The notes under the pieces: generated by a model
Seen by the model: only the letters and a program-made list of their open reading frames with translations
What the model was told of the DNA's origin: nothing
Databases searched by the model: none
In this document: positions 45,410 to 54,729 of the stretch, in pieces
Position numbering within the stretch: the first letter of the stretch is position 1
Layout of the letters: every line of letters starts with the position of its first letter
Position numbers and translations under genes: made by a program
From: a virus
Taxonomy: Duplodnaviria > Caudoviricetes
DNA length: 60,292 nt
Direction: 5' to 3' (one strand)
IMG/VR virus record: IMGVR_UViG_3300010158_000004
Coordinates: 1 to 60,292 of that record

Positions 45410-47017
45410 ATGCGCCGCATGAATGGAATTCAATTCCGCGAAGGTGTCGAGAAGGCTATCTACAAGATCGCCTCTGACCTTGGCTCCCGTGTCACCATCT
45501 ACTGGACTTACGGTTTGGCAACCGCTGGTATCAATCACCACGGCAATATGCACCTGTCCAACGTACCGGACGATGCAGTGGTTACTCAAGCCCTGCTTGA
45601 GAAGTACATCGGGTACGGTGTGCATGAGTTGTTGCACCGCCTGTACACCGACTTCTCTGTCCGCGACAGCCACGAGTACGTTGACGCTCTGCACAACGCG
45701 GTCGAAGATGCATGGATCGAAGGCAAGGGCATTGACCTGAACCTGACGGGCAACATCAAGGGCTTGCTGACCACGCTGTGCAACGGCATGGTGGCGGAGG
45801 CAATGGTCAAGGTGCAGGACTGGTCGAACCCAGCCCAGTACCCCTTTGCCTTGGCCGTGTACTGCCGTGATCACGCCGACAAGGTGCCATTGGCTCAGGG
45901 CTTGGAACCTATCTTTGCCGAGGCCAAGAAACGCATTGCCACCTGCAAGAACAGCGATGACACCTTGGGCGTTGCCCAGTGGGTTTTCAGTCAGCTTGGA
46001 CAGCTACCTCAGTCAGCCCCCAAGAAGGGGTCTCAGAAGCCCGCAAAGGGGGCAAATCAAGCCTCCGGCAATGCGGGTGAGGGTGAGGGTGCGGAAGACG
46101 GTTCGGACGGTTCTAGCGAGGGTGGTCAGGCGGGTGGTCAGGATGAGGGGCAGCAAGCAGGCGCCGCAACCCGTCCATCAACCCGCAAGGCAATGGAGGT
46201 CGAGCCCAGCGTGGGTGATCCCCAGCAGAGCAATGGCAGTGGCGACACCTACAGCAGTTCTCATGTTCGGGTCAAGCCTCACATCAACAGCAAGCACAAG
46301 CCCCGTGACCTGACGGTCAACGTGCCTGCACGGTTGCGCTATGAGGTCAAGAAGTTGTTTGAGAATTCTGCCAATGAGGAGTTCCAAACCAACCGCCGCG
46401 CTGGTTCGGTCAACGTCAAAGCCTTGCACAAGGTCGGTCTGTCTGATGCATTATTTAAACGCCGTCTTGAGACAGAGGGCGTTGACTCTGCGGTTGTGAT
46501 CCTGCTGGATGTTTCGGGCTCCATGTTCTACAGCAACCAAGTCTACAAGGAGGACGGTTCAGGTGTGGAGTTAATGGCGGCAATCGACCCCAGCATCAAG
46601 GTGTGCGCCGCCCTGTCTGACAGCCTCAAGAAGGCGGGGGCAAAGGTGTCCATCCTGACGTTCGGTGACACGGTCTCTGTGCTCAAGGCGTTCGATGATC
46701 CGGAGGCCAAGATGCGTGAGCGTCTCGGCTTGGTGTGTGACGGTGGTAGCACCAACGACTACACCGCCATCCGGTACAGCCATCAATTGCTGATGGGTCG
46801 GCCTGAGCAACGCAAGGTGCTGTTCGTTCTGACTGACGGTGTGGGTGACCAGCAGTCCGCGCGTCAGCAGTGCATTGCAGGTGACAACTTGGGCATCACC
46901 ACCATCGGTGTCGGCATCCTTGAGAACGTCTCGCAGACGTACCCTCAGTCGATCCGCATCAACAACCTACATGACTTGGGCACTGCTTCATTCAAGCAGA
47001 TCAAGTTGGCGGCATAA
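45410..47017 (+). CDS. CobT-like vWA protein with N-terminal HExxH domain
   Basis: HELLH...NAVED; G/E-rich linker; MIDAS DVSGS, GGST, VLTDG. Confidence 0.9.
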   Translation: MRRMNGIQFREGVEKAIYKIASDLGSRVTIYWTYGLATAGINHHGNMHLSNVPDDAVVTQALLEKYIGYGVHELLHRLYTDFSVRDSHEYVDALHNAVEDAWIEGKGIDLNLTGNIKGLLTTLCNGMVAEAMVKVQDWSNPAQYPFALAVYCRDHADKVPLAQGLEPIFAEAKKRIATCKNSDDTLGVAQWVFSQLGQLPQSAPKKGSQKPAKGANQASGNAGEGEGAEDGSDGSSEGGQAGGQDEGQQAGAATRPSTRKAMEVEPSVGDPQQSNGSGDTYSSSHVRVKPHINSKHKPRDLTVNVPARLRYEVKKLFENSANEEFQTNRRAGSVNVKALHKVGLSDALFKRRLETEGVDSAVVILLDVSGSMFYSNQVYKEDGSGVELMAAIDPSIKVCAALSDSLKKAGAKVSILTFGDTVSVLKAFDDPEAKMRERLGLVCDGGSTNDYTAIRYSHQLLMGRPEQRKVLFVLTDGVGDQQSARQQCIAGDNLGITTIGVGILENVSQTYPQSIRINNLHDLGTASFKQIKLAA

Positions 47018-47053
47018 CACAACGGGGGCTCAGTCCCCCATGAAAGGTACAAC

Positions 47054-47389
47054 ATGAAAGTAAGTGACATGACAGGAGCCGCTCTCGACTGGGCGGTGGC
47101 TAAATGCGAAGGCATCGAGAACGGTTACGGTATGTGGCTTGGCACCCAGTGGCTTGGCATCCCATACAGCACCGAGTGGGTGGATGGCGGGCCACTCATG
47201 GAGGGTGCGGGTATAGGTGTGTGGATGTATGAATGGAACGACCAAGGGGAGCCCGAGAAAGGGTGGTATGCAGAGGACGCAGAGGGCAACCATGTGCGCC
47301 GAGGGGATACCCCACTTATTGCAGCCATGCGCTGCTACGTTGCGTCCAAGCTGGGCGAGGACATTGACCTACCGGAGGAACTGCAATGA
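47054..47389 (+). CDS. NinX/DUF2591-like protein
   Basis: GAALDWAVAKCEG, YST.W..GGPL, G.TPLIAAMRCYVASKLG. Confidence 0.8.
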   Translation: MKVSDMTGAALDWAVAKCEGIENGYGMWLGTQWLGIPYSTEWVDGGPLMEGAGIGVWMYEWNDQGEPEKGWYAEDAEGNHVRRGDTPLIAAMRCYVASKLGEDIDLPEELQ

Positions 47390-47652
47390 TTGATACCAGT
47401 ACCTTCATGTGGTACACACGCGACAAGACCGCAACCGTTTGGGCTCACGCCGAATCGGGCGAAGTACTTATTGCCGATTGCTACAACAAGAACCTGACCA
47501 CAAGTAGTCAACGTTTAAACGCACGTTTGATTGCGGAGGCACCCGTCATGTTTGCGTTGCTACAGGAGGCATCAAGCACTATGGACTACGACCAATTTGA
47601 AGTGTTTGCTGGGATCTTGCACCGTGTTAGCGGTAAAAGCGATCCGCAGTGA
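47386..47652 (+). CDS. Hypothetical protein (NARLIA.AP motif)
   Basis: IADC...NARLIAEAP.M..LL common phage motif. Confidence 0.65.
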   Translation: MIDTSTFMWYTRDKTATVWAHAESGEVLIADCYNKNLTTSSQRLNARLIAEAPVMFALLQEASSTMDYDQFEVFAGILHRVSGKSDPQ

Positions 47653-47851
47653 TGAGTGGGACTTTGTAGTCGCCGTCAGGAAGTACCCCGCGCTGGTGGA
47701 GTTGATAGATCAACCCCCCAGTGTGGGTGCCTACATCGAGTATGACGGGGCTTGGAGGGTGTACCGGACGGGCTATGACGGGTTCAGGAAGTACAGGGGT
47801 AGATTCAAAAGTTTGATCGGGGCTGTATTCAACGCCCGAAATGCTGTATAG
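47531..47851 (+). CDS. Hypothetical protein (true start likely downstream)
   Basis: C-terminal half looks protein-like (YIEYDGAWRVY...GRFKSL..AVF). Confidence 0.45.
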   Translation: MRRHPSCLRCYRRHQALWTTTNLKCLLGSCTVLAVKAIRSDEWDFVVAVRKYPALVELIDQPPSVGAYIEYDGAWRVYRTGYDGFRKYRGRFKSLIGAVFNARNAV

Positions 47852-47859
47852 TCGCCCCC

Positions 47860-48200
47860 GTTGAGGTCGCGCTCGACAGTTGAAAGCCGTTAATCATGCA
47901 TTGGCTCTCGGGGATTCTCGGGAGGCGCGACCCAGTGCATGGCTAACGGCTTTTTTCGTTTGCGACCGAAACCGTACTCCGCACGATAGCAAGCACCCCA
48001 GTCGTGGTGGCGCGGAAGGAAAGCGTACACGGTATGCCGAAAGGCTAGGGGGCAGTTCCCGAACAATCCGTGCGGCTGGTCGAATATGCAAGCCGAGGGG
48101 TGCAGCTAACGCTGCCATGCATATGCCGTGAGGCGGTGAAACCAATCTCCCACTTACTTCATTCGCTTGGGGTAGGGGGGTCTTTGGGTGAAATTTATTA
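47860..48200 (+). ncRNA. Structured non-coding region with terminator/antiterminator-like leader
   Basis: 22-bp stem 47883-47904/47932-47953 with T-run; GGTCGCGC (47865) complementary to GCGCGACC (47925); further hairpins downstream. Confidence 0.5.
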
Positions 48201-48224
48201 TGCCCGCAGGGCAAGAAGGGTTAC

Positions 48225-48659
48225 ATGAGACCGATATACGAATCAGAGGAAGACCTTAAAAGGGAAGGCGGCGTTGCCGCCATCATTGAGGCTCAATGGA
48301 ACTGCAAGCTGGTAAAGCTTCCCATCAGCTATCACTTGGACTTTGCTGCAACTAGGGGTGCCAAGTGTGTTGCATTCTGCGAGGTGAAGACCCGCAACTA
48401 CAGCATGGATAGCATAGGACAAATGGGCGGGTACCTGCTGAGTCTGCGAAAATGGACTGCCGCGAGGGATATATGTTTGGCCTCGCAGGTGCCGTTCATT
48501 TTGGTTGTCAAGACCTTGGACGGCGTGTACTATGCCTCCTTTGCGACCGACTTTCTACCGGACAACCTGCTGGTGCGGGGCAGAAAAGATAGGGACGATT
48601 GGCAGGACATTGAGCCCTGCGTCCTCTTAAAAACAAACAGATTTACTAAGATTGCATGA
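48225..48659 (+). CDS. PD-(D/E)XK nuclease-fold protein
   Basis: Y.LDF.......AF.EVK.R; GR.DR.D..DIEP. Confidence 0.65.
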   Translation: MRPIYESEEDLKREGGVAAIIEAQWNCKLVKLPISYHLDFAATRGAKCVAFCEVKTRNYSMDSIGQMGGYLLSLRKWTAARDICLASQVPFILVVKTLDGVYYASFATDFLPDNLLVRGRKDRDDWQDIEPCVLLKTNRFTKIA

Positions 48660-48889
48660 TGCAAAAATCTAAAGTTTATGTGAACGAGACAGAAGACGAA
48701 GAAGACCTGTGTCCAAAGTGCAACGTGCAGAGGATGGAGTCCGAACCCTCTAAGCCAAACCGAAATGGTTTCCGCACCATTAAATGGAAATGCATGGCTT
48801 GCCAAGAGACGGGCTCCTACAAGTTTGATGCACACGCAGGGTGTGTTAATTGGCCCAACTGCGATGAGTTTGGTTGCGGCTCTTATTAA
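48656..48889 (+). CDS. Small Zn-ribbon protein
   Basis: CPKC...CMAC, C.NWPNCD..GC. Confidence 0.5.
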   Translation: MMQKSKVYVNETEDEEDLCPKCNVQRMESEPSKPNRNGFRTIKWKCMACQETGSYKFDAHAGCVNWPNCDEFGCGSY

Positions 48890-48911
48890 TAGTTTAAACG
48901 CAGAGGAATAA

Positions 48912-49154
48912 ATGATGGCACGGGATTACAAGCGTGAATATGAAACGCAGAAAGCAAGGGGTGAACACCCCGACCGCATGGAACGCCAACGGGCGCGTAG
49001 AAAGCTGGACGCAGAGGGCGTAAGCCGCAAAGGCAAGGACGTTGCCCATGTCAAAGCCCTGAGCAAGGGCGGATCAAACAAGGACGGTGTTCGCTTGGAG
49101 CCAGCATCCAAGAACCGCTCCTTTAAAAGACGCTCTGACGGTTCAATGAAGTGA
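48912..49154 (+). CDS. Small HNH-like basic protein
   Basis: RDYKREY, GKDVAHVK.LSKGG.N......S.NRS. Confidence 0.65.
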   Translation: MMARDYKREYETQKARGEHPDRMERQRARRKLDAEGVSRKGKDVAHVKALSKGGSNKDGVRLEPASKNRSFKRRSDGSMK

Positions 49155-50803
49155 TCGAAGAAGCGATTGCTCATGCCCGTGGGGGCAGGATTGCTTGCCC
49201 CTACTGTTCCCCCGAACGCAGAAAATCAAACGCCAAAGACATGACGATTAGCCACCGTGCAGACGGGGCTGTTGTCTATCACTGCCACCACTGCTCCGCC
49301 AGTGGGTCTATTCAACCAACCAAGCCGGAGAAATATATGCCCCCTGTAATTTCTGTAGAACAGAAAAACCTTGAGCCCTTCCACTACGATTACCTGATGA
49401 CAAGGGGTATATCGCCCGAGGTGGCAGACAGCATGGGGCTGTTCGGGGCAAACAAGTTCTTCTCAAAGCTGGACAAGCACTCAGACGCCATCGGCTTCCC
49501 CTACTACTTGGATGGCAACTTGGTCGCGGTCAAGTACCGCAGCGTTCCGGACAAGGCGTTTACACAAGATGCCGGAGGCGCTCAGACATTCTTTGGTATC
49601 GACCTTGTGAAGAAGGGTAAGCCCATCATCATTGTTGAGGGTGAGATTGACTGCCTGACCCTGATGCAAGCTGGGGTTGAGAACGTGGTATCTGTTCCAT
49701 CGGGCGCACCTATGACCGTTGCTGCGGTGGGATCTGAGGACAAACGGTTTGGCTACGTTCGATCCGCCGAGGCGGTTCTAAAGGCCGCTCCCTACGTTGT
49801 GATTGCAACCGACCAAGACACCGCAGGCCAAGCCCTCGCAGAGGAACTATCCCGCCGTATTGGTAAGTCAAAGTGCCGCCTTGCAACCTTCCCCACCAAG
49901 GACTTGAACGAGTACTACATGACCAAGAGCCAAGACATTCAAGCGGTGATTGCTACGGCAAAGCCGTACCCAGTGGCGGGTTTGAATTCTGCATCGTCCT
50001 ACGCAGAGCGGGTGAATGCATTACACGACTTGGGAGACGGCAGGGGGCAGAGTACTGGGTACCACTCCTTGGATCAGATATTCACGGTTGCGCCATCTCA
50101 ATTGACAGTGGTTACGGGGTACCCATCATCGGGTAAGTCCAACTTTGTGGATCAGTTGATGTGCAACATTGCAGACAACAGCGGATGGAAGTTTGCCGTC
50201 TGTAGCTTTGAGAATCAACCGGAGGTGCACATCACCCGCCTGATGGAGATTCATACCCGCAAGCGGTTCCGCGAAGGTCAGAACCAAATGTCAGATGCAG
50301 AGCGTGATGATGCGTTTAAATGGGTAGATGATCACTTTGTTTTCATTGACCACAGCGGAGATGAACCCTCCACCTTGGAATCCATACTGGAAAGAACCAA
50401 GGCCGCGATTGACCAAATGCAGATCAACGGAATTGTGATTGACCCCTACAACTACATTGACCTGACCCGCGATGGACTGACCGAGACCGAGGCCATCTCT
50501 GCGATGCTGACCAAGGTACAGCGGTTCATTAAGTCAACGGGCGTTCATGTGTTCTTTGTGGCTCACCCTGCGAAGATCAACCGTTCGGGCGTGGATCAAC
50601 CCCGACCTGACGGCATGAGCATCAGCGGGTCAATGGCTTGGTGGGCGAAGACCGACAACGGCTTGACCGTGCACCGCAAGGAAGGCTACGTTGAGATTGC
50701 GGTATGGAAGTGCCGCTACCGCTGGGTTGGAACTCAGGGCGAGGTGGCCTTGATATACAACAAGACCGCAGGTAATTACACCGAGGCGATTGACGCTTTT
50801 TGA
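49151..50803 (+). CDS. Twinkle/T7 gp4-like primase-helicase
   Basis: Zn finger CPYC..HCHHC, TOPRIM EGEID/D.D.AG, SF4 GYPSSGKS, IDPYN, FVAHP, ISGS..W. Confidence 0.93.
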   Translation: MIEEAIAHARGGRIACPYCSPERRKSNAKDMTISHRADGAVVYHCHHCSASGSIQPTKPEKYMPPVISVEQKNLEPFHYDYLMTRGISPEVADSMGLFGANKFFSKLDKHSDAIGFPYYLDGNLVAVKYRSVPDKAFTQDAGGAQTFFGIDLVKKGKPIIIVEGEIDCLTLMQAGVENVVSVPSGAPMTVAAVGSEDKRFGYVRSAEAVLKAAPYVVIATDQDTAGQALAEELSRRIGKSKCRLATFPTKDLNEYYMTKSQDIQAVIATAKPYPVAGLNSASSYAERVNALHDLGDGRGQSTGYHSLDQIFTVAPSQLTVVTGYPSSGKSNFVDQLMCNIADNSGWKFAVCSFENQPEVHITRLMEIHTRKRFREGQNQMSDAERDDAFKWVDDHFVFIDHSGDEPSTLESILERTKAAIDQMQINGIVIDPYNYIDLTRDGLTETEAISAMLTKVQRFIKSTGVHVFFVAHPAKINRSGVDQPRPDGMSISGSMAWWAKTDNGLTVHRKEGYVEIAVWKCRYRWVGTQGEVALIYNKTAGNYTEAIDAF

Positions 50804-50832
50804 CGTAGAATCATCCCGCGTTCTCTCCTTGA

Positions 50833-51270
50833 TCACCCCGTTCGGCTTGCCTTGCGGGGTGTTTTTTTTGGTGCCACCTCCGGTATGCAACGCACGGTAA
50901 TCTCAGCCCTTGGGTTATCCGGATCAAGGTGCCAATAGCAATGCCGCTCCTTGACCTGTCGGTCGTTCGCATAGATGTGGCCTTGCAGTAAGTCCAGTAT
51001 CAGCGTCTCATCCAAGTCAGGTCTACGCGAAGCGTAGTAGATATGCAGAGTCATGCACAAGTCGCCCTCAAGCAACTGATCAAGTGTTTGAATTTGCTGT
51101 TTAAACGCATCACTATAACTAAGCGCCTTCTCGGACTTGATCAGTCTAGACATGCCGCCGAAGCGAACCATCCTGCGACTGTTGCTTTTTGATGCGGGTT
51201 CACCGTAAATAATTAGCGATATATCTTGCACACTGTTCGGTATAGCGATATACTCTTCATTGTCTTCCAT
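50833..51270 (-). CDS. rusA: RusA-like Holliday junction resolvase
   Basis: GEPASKSN, RRPDLD..LILD.LQ..IY.NDRQV, D.DNPR.EI. Confidence 0.85.
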   Translation of the reverse strand: MEDNEEYIAIPNSVQDISLIIYGEPASKSNSRRMVRFGGMSRLIKSEKALSYSDAFKQQIQTLDQLLEGDLCMTLHIYYASRRPDLDETLILDLLQGHIYANDRQVKERHCYWHLDPDNPRAEITVRCIPEVAPKKTPRKASRTG

Positions 51271-51293
51271 TTGCCAACCTTTCTGCCAACATT

Positions 51294-52175
51294 ATGAAAC
51301 TTACCAACATCTACGACCTCCCCCCTGCGCTGGTCAACGCAATGACCAAGGACTCCTACACCAAGGGTGCCTCTGAGTATAGTGTCACTGGGCTATTACA
51401 GCCACCTAAAGTTGCCTTGCTACGCAAGAAATACGATGACCAAATGGTGCAGGACATTTCGGAGAAGGCGTACACCTTCTTGGGAACGGCCTTGCACAAG
51501 GTGCTGGAGGATACCTTGCCAACCGAGGGTTACATCTTTGAAGAACGACTGTTCGCAGAACTTGATGGCACGACCATCAGCGGTGCCATTGATATCCAAG
51601 AGGAAACGCCGTTCGGCGTGACCATTTGGGACTACAAGACTACCTCCGTATGGGCGGTGATGAACGAGAAGATGGACTGGACTTGGCAACTGAACATGTA
51701 CAAGTGGTTTGTTGAAAAGACCAAGGGCAAGAAGGTTGTGTCTCTGAAGATTTGCGCGTTCCTGCGTGACTGGAGCAAGAACGGCAAGGGGGAGAACTAC
51801 CCCAAGGCCTCCATTGTGGTTGTTGATTTGCCTGTGTGGTCACACGCAGAGACCGAAGAATTTATGCGTAAGCGTTTAAATGCTCATAAGTTGGCCAAAG
51901 ATTTATCTGTGCTGGGCGAAGAGTTTATTCCCCCGTGCACAAACGAAGAACGTTGGATGTCGGAAACGACATTTGCCGTGAAGAGAGAGGGTCGCAAGAC
52001 TGCGATCCGTGTTTTAACCGATGCAAAAGAAGCCGAAGAAATGGCAGTAAAGGAAAACGGATATGTCGAAATCAGATCAGGAGAGCCACGCCGATGTGCA
52101 GGCAATTACTGCGGAGTCGCAAAGTGGTGCACCCAGTACCAACCAACCGAAGGAGAGTTTCGTGAAATTGCATGA
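51294..52175 (+). CDS. PD-(D/E)XK (Cas4/RecB-like) exonuclease
   Basis: GTALH, E.R, ISG.ID, DYKTT, QLN.Y, C-terminal RC..YC.V..WC. Confidence 0.85.
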   Translation: MKLTNIYDLPPALVNAMTKDSYTKGASEYSVTGLLQPPKVALLRKKYDDQMVQDISEKAYTFLGTALHKVLEDTLPTEGYIFEERLFAELDGTTISGAIDIQEETPFGVTIWDYKTTSVWAVMNEKMDWTWQLNMYKWFVEKTKGKKVVSLKICAFLRDWSKNGKGENYPKASIVVVDLPVWSHAETEEFMRKRLNAHKLAKDLSVLGEEFIPPCTNEERWMSETTFAVKREGRKTAIRVLTDAKEAEEMAVKENGYVEIRSGEPRRCAGNYCGVAKWCTQYQPTEGEFREIA

Positions 52176-52908
52176 TGACCGCTGGGACTCATTAATTGAG
52201 ACTAATGTCAACGCACATACTGAAAAGAAGAATGGCTTGACATATTTGTCATGGGCTTGGGCGTGGACTCAGGTTCTCCGCGCAGACCCACAGGCCAACT
52301 TCAAGGTGGAGATGTTCAACGAAAGCCCGTTGATGGCTATCGGAGACAGCTTCATGGTGTGGGTGACCGTGACTCTGTACGGCAAGCCTGTGACCTGCAT
52401 GTTGCCCGTGCTGGACTACCGCAACAAGCCCATCACCAACCCCAACGCCTTTGATGTAAACACATCCATCATGCGCTGCCTTACCAAGGCAATTGCAATG
52501 CATGGACTTGGTCTGTACATATACAGCGGAGAAGACTTGCCCCCTGATGCAGACGCAGCCAGTGAGCAGGTGATTGACTACGGCAAAGCAATCCCCAAAG
52601 TCGAGGGAGCGCCAGCGCCAAAACACGGCGTTGAGACACCTGCCAAGGCTACCCCCAAGGCGGCTCCTAAAGCCGCTCCAAAGGAACTGCGCCCACAGCC
52701 CACCGAGTGGGACAACAGCGATGCAAGTCGCAAGCTATTCGCAGACGGCGTAATCAAGTACGCCTCTATCTGTACCAGTGTTTCGGACTTGAGCAACTAT
52801 TGGTTGAACAACCAACTGCAGCTTGAGTCTTTGAAGCAAACCCATCCCGCTTTGTATGCGGCGGTGGTCAGCAGTTTCGCTGAGATGAAGAAAACTCTAC
52901 AAGGATAA
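52162..52908 (+). CDS. Sak/Rad52-like single-strand annealing protein (DUF1071)
   Basis: EKKNGLTYLSWAWAW, LPVLD.RN, N.SIMRCL.KAIA.HGLGLYIY.GED; GTG start after AGGAG. Confidence 0.88.
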   Translation: MKLHDDRWDSLIETNVNAHTEKKNGLTYLSWAWAWTQVLRADPQANFKVEMFNESPLMAIGDSFMVWVTVTLYGKPVTCMLPVLDYRNKPITNPNAFDVNTSIMRCLTKAIAMHGLGLYIYSGEDLPPDADAASEQVIDYGKAIPKVEGAPAPKHGVETPAKATPKAAPKAAPKELRPQPTEWDNSDASRKLFADGVIKYASICTSVSDLSNYWLNNQLQLESLKQTHPALYAAVVSSFAEMKKTLQG

Positions 52909-52911
52909 ATC

Positions 52912-53208
52912 ATGGCCTACGATCAACCATTTAAACCAAATCCCGATACCGGAAGCCTCAACGCTAACACGAAGAAGGCCAAAGATATTCAGCCCGACTA
53001 CTGGGGTGAGATTCGCGTCAACCTCAAGGACATGACCGCCATCAAGGTTGAGGACGGTTGCCACGTTATCAAACTGAGCGGCTGGAAGAAGCTGAACAGG
53101 AGCGGTCACACCTACCTGCAACTGAAGGTTAACCGCTGGACGCCCGAGGCGTCTGCTCCTGAGCCACAGCGTCAGCAGTTTGCAGATGATGCAGACATCC
53201 CCTTCTGA
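52912..53208 (+). CDS. SSB-like protein
   Basis: PDYWG.I, LSGWK, YL.L, acidic DIPF tail. Confidence 0.7.
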   Translation: MAYDQPFKPNPDTGSLNANTKKAKDIQPDYWGEIRVNLKDMTAIKVEDGCHVIKLSGWKKLNRSGHTYLQLKVNRWTPEASAPEPQRQQFADDADIPF

Positions 53209-53216
53209 GGTGATCA

Positions 53217-53627
53217 ATGCCCCTTCAATTTGAAGCAAGGAAGGTGGCGTTGAAGCAAGACCGTACCGGTTTTGTTTTGACGCTCGCCATACACCCCGAT
53301 GAAACGCCCGAAGAACTGCTGCGTGACTTTGTTGGGTCTAGGTATGCGTGTGTGATGGTACGCATCAAGGACGATGAGACCGCTACACCGTACAGCAATC
53401 GTGTGATGACCGCAGGCATCTTATGCAGAACACCAAAGTTCCATGAGTTCCTGAGTGACGTTTACACGTTCGCCAAAGCTGACGAGTCCATATCCGCTCA
53501 GTTGGTTTGCGACCTGTGCGGCATTGAGTCACGCTCAGAACTTAACGGCAACAAAGAAGCAATGGAAAAATTTGATGAGTTGCTGAAGGAATTTGAAGAT
53601 TGGAAAACCAATGGCTCTACCAGCTAA
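53217..53627 (+). CDS. Conserved hypothetical protein
   Basis: AG.LCR...F..FL, CGI.SRSEL.N. Confidence 0.65.
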   Translation: MPLQFEARKVALKQDRTGFVLTLAIHPDETPEELLRDFVGSRYACVMVRIKDDETATPYSNRVMTAGILCRTPKFHEFLSDVYTFAKADESISAQLVCDLCGIESRSELNGNKEAMEKFDELLKEFEDWKTNGSTS

Positions 53628-53931
53628 AAAACTAAAACCGTTCCTTACCCATCTAAATGAAAGCGAACATGTTGCCCTAAAGAAGTTTGCCCGAGTCCAC
53701 AAGACAACGATGGCAAAGTTAATCCGCGAAGCGATCCTAATGCGTCTTGCCCCTAACGGCTCTTATATTGACGGGTACAACGCCGCCATTAATGACTGCG
53801 CGGAGGCTATCAAAGGAACTCAGGCGGGGTCAATGACCTTCCCTAGCGGGCTCTCCTTTGCCGAGCACTTCTGCGATGAGATTTACAAACTAACCATGAA
53901 AGGAAACCAAAATGAAAATGCTGTCGGGTGA
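53611..53931 (+). CDS. Ribbon-helix-helix-like DNA-binding protein
   Basis: L...EH..LK.FA......MA.LIREAI. Confidence 0.55.
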   Translation: MALPAKKLKPFLTHLNESEHVALKKFARVHKTTMAKLIREAILMRLAPNGSYIDGYNAAINDCAEAIKGTQAGSMTFPSGLSFAEHFCDEIYKLTMKGNQNENAVG

Positions 53932-54142
53932 CCGCAACCAGTGTCAGGGTTGCAAGGGCTACTTCAACAGTAGCTACGCCTTTGACAAACACCGCAGGGG
54001 TGAGCATGGACACGACCGCAGATGCCTGACGCCGGAAGAAATGCTGGCCAAGGGAATGAGTGTAAACGCAGATGGCTACTGGATAACCAAAGCGATGCCA
54101 GTAGCTGCTCTTGAAAAGAAACAAGTAAAGGTAACCCAATGA
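53912..54142 (+). CDS. Zn-binding protein (FDxHR type)
   Basis: C..C..YF.S..AFDKHR.G....RRCL. Confidence 0.7.
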   Translation: MKMLSGDRNQCQGCKGYFNSSYAFDKHRRGEHGHDRRCLTPEEMLAKGMSVNADGYWITKAMPVAALEKKQVKVTQ

Positions 54143-54543
54143 AATATGTAGTTGCAATTTTGACGGCCTGCCTGTTGGCGGCTTGCGGTAAACAAGAAGT
54201 TAGCTTTGCCTCACTGGAAGAGGCCAAGGGAACCGCGCGTGAGAACGCTATGTGGAACGCACAGCGCTATCGCCAAGAGAACGTCCTATATAAGGGATGG
54301 GACATTGTTGGTCGCGGCGATTCCTCGCAGGACAATGCATGCCCTCAAGGTGATGGCTGGGCTACGATGGACTTTGTTCGCCCCGACAAGACCGCCCTTG
54401 TAAAGGTTAAGTGCTCCACCGTATCCGCTAACACCGGATGCTTGGAAGACGGTGACTTCAAAACCAAACCTTTTGCCTCTGATGATGGGCACTGCCAGCC
54501 CACCAACAAGGTGCCATACCCTCTGCCGAAGATTGCCAAATGA
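54139..54543 (+). CDS. Lipoprotein
   Basis: Signal peptide with lipobox LLAAC; four further Cys in the mature part. Confidence 0.75.
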   Translation: MKYVVAILTACLLAACGKQEVSFASLEEAKGTARENAMWNAQRYRQENVLYKGWDIVGRGDSSQDNACPQGDGWATMDFVRPDKTALVKVKCSTVSANTGCLEDGDFKTKPFASDDGHCQPTNKVPYPLPKIAK

Positions 54544-54639
54544 TGATCCTCGACATCCTCATTGGACTGGGCATGCTGGTGTACGGCTGTCTGTGCTGGG
54601 CGGCTGGCTACAAGCTGGGACGCATGAGTAAATGATTTA

Positions 54640-54714
54640 TGGGGGGAAAGCGGATGCTGGTAATAGACCTAAGTGCAACTTAGTCCCACTAAACCAGTGC
54701 AGCGAGTACCCCCA
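54640..54714 (+). ncRNA. Small hairpin RNA with loop-E (GAA/AGUA)-like motif
   Basis: TGGGGG-GAAAGCGGATGCTGG...CCAGTGCAGCGAGTA-CCCCCA enclosing a CTAAG/CTTAG hairpin. Confidence 0.5.
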
Positions 54715-54729
54715 CCTTCAAGGAAATAT

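Noticed and set aside
43882-47017. cobS/cobT as auxiliary cobalamin genes
   Set aside because: No other cob genes are present; a generic MoxR-vWA chaperone role fits better
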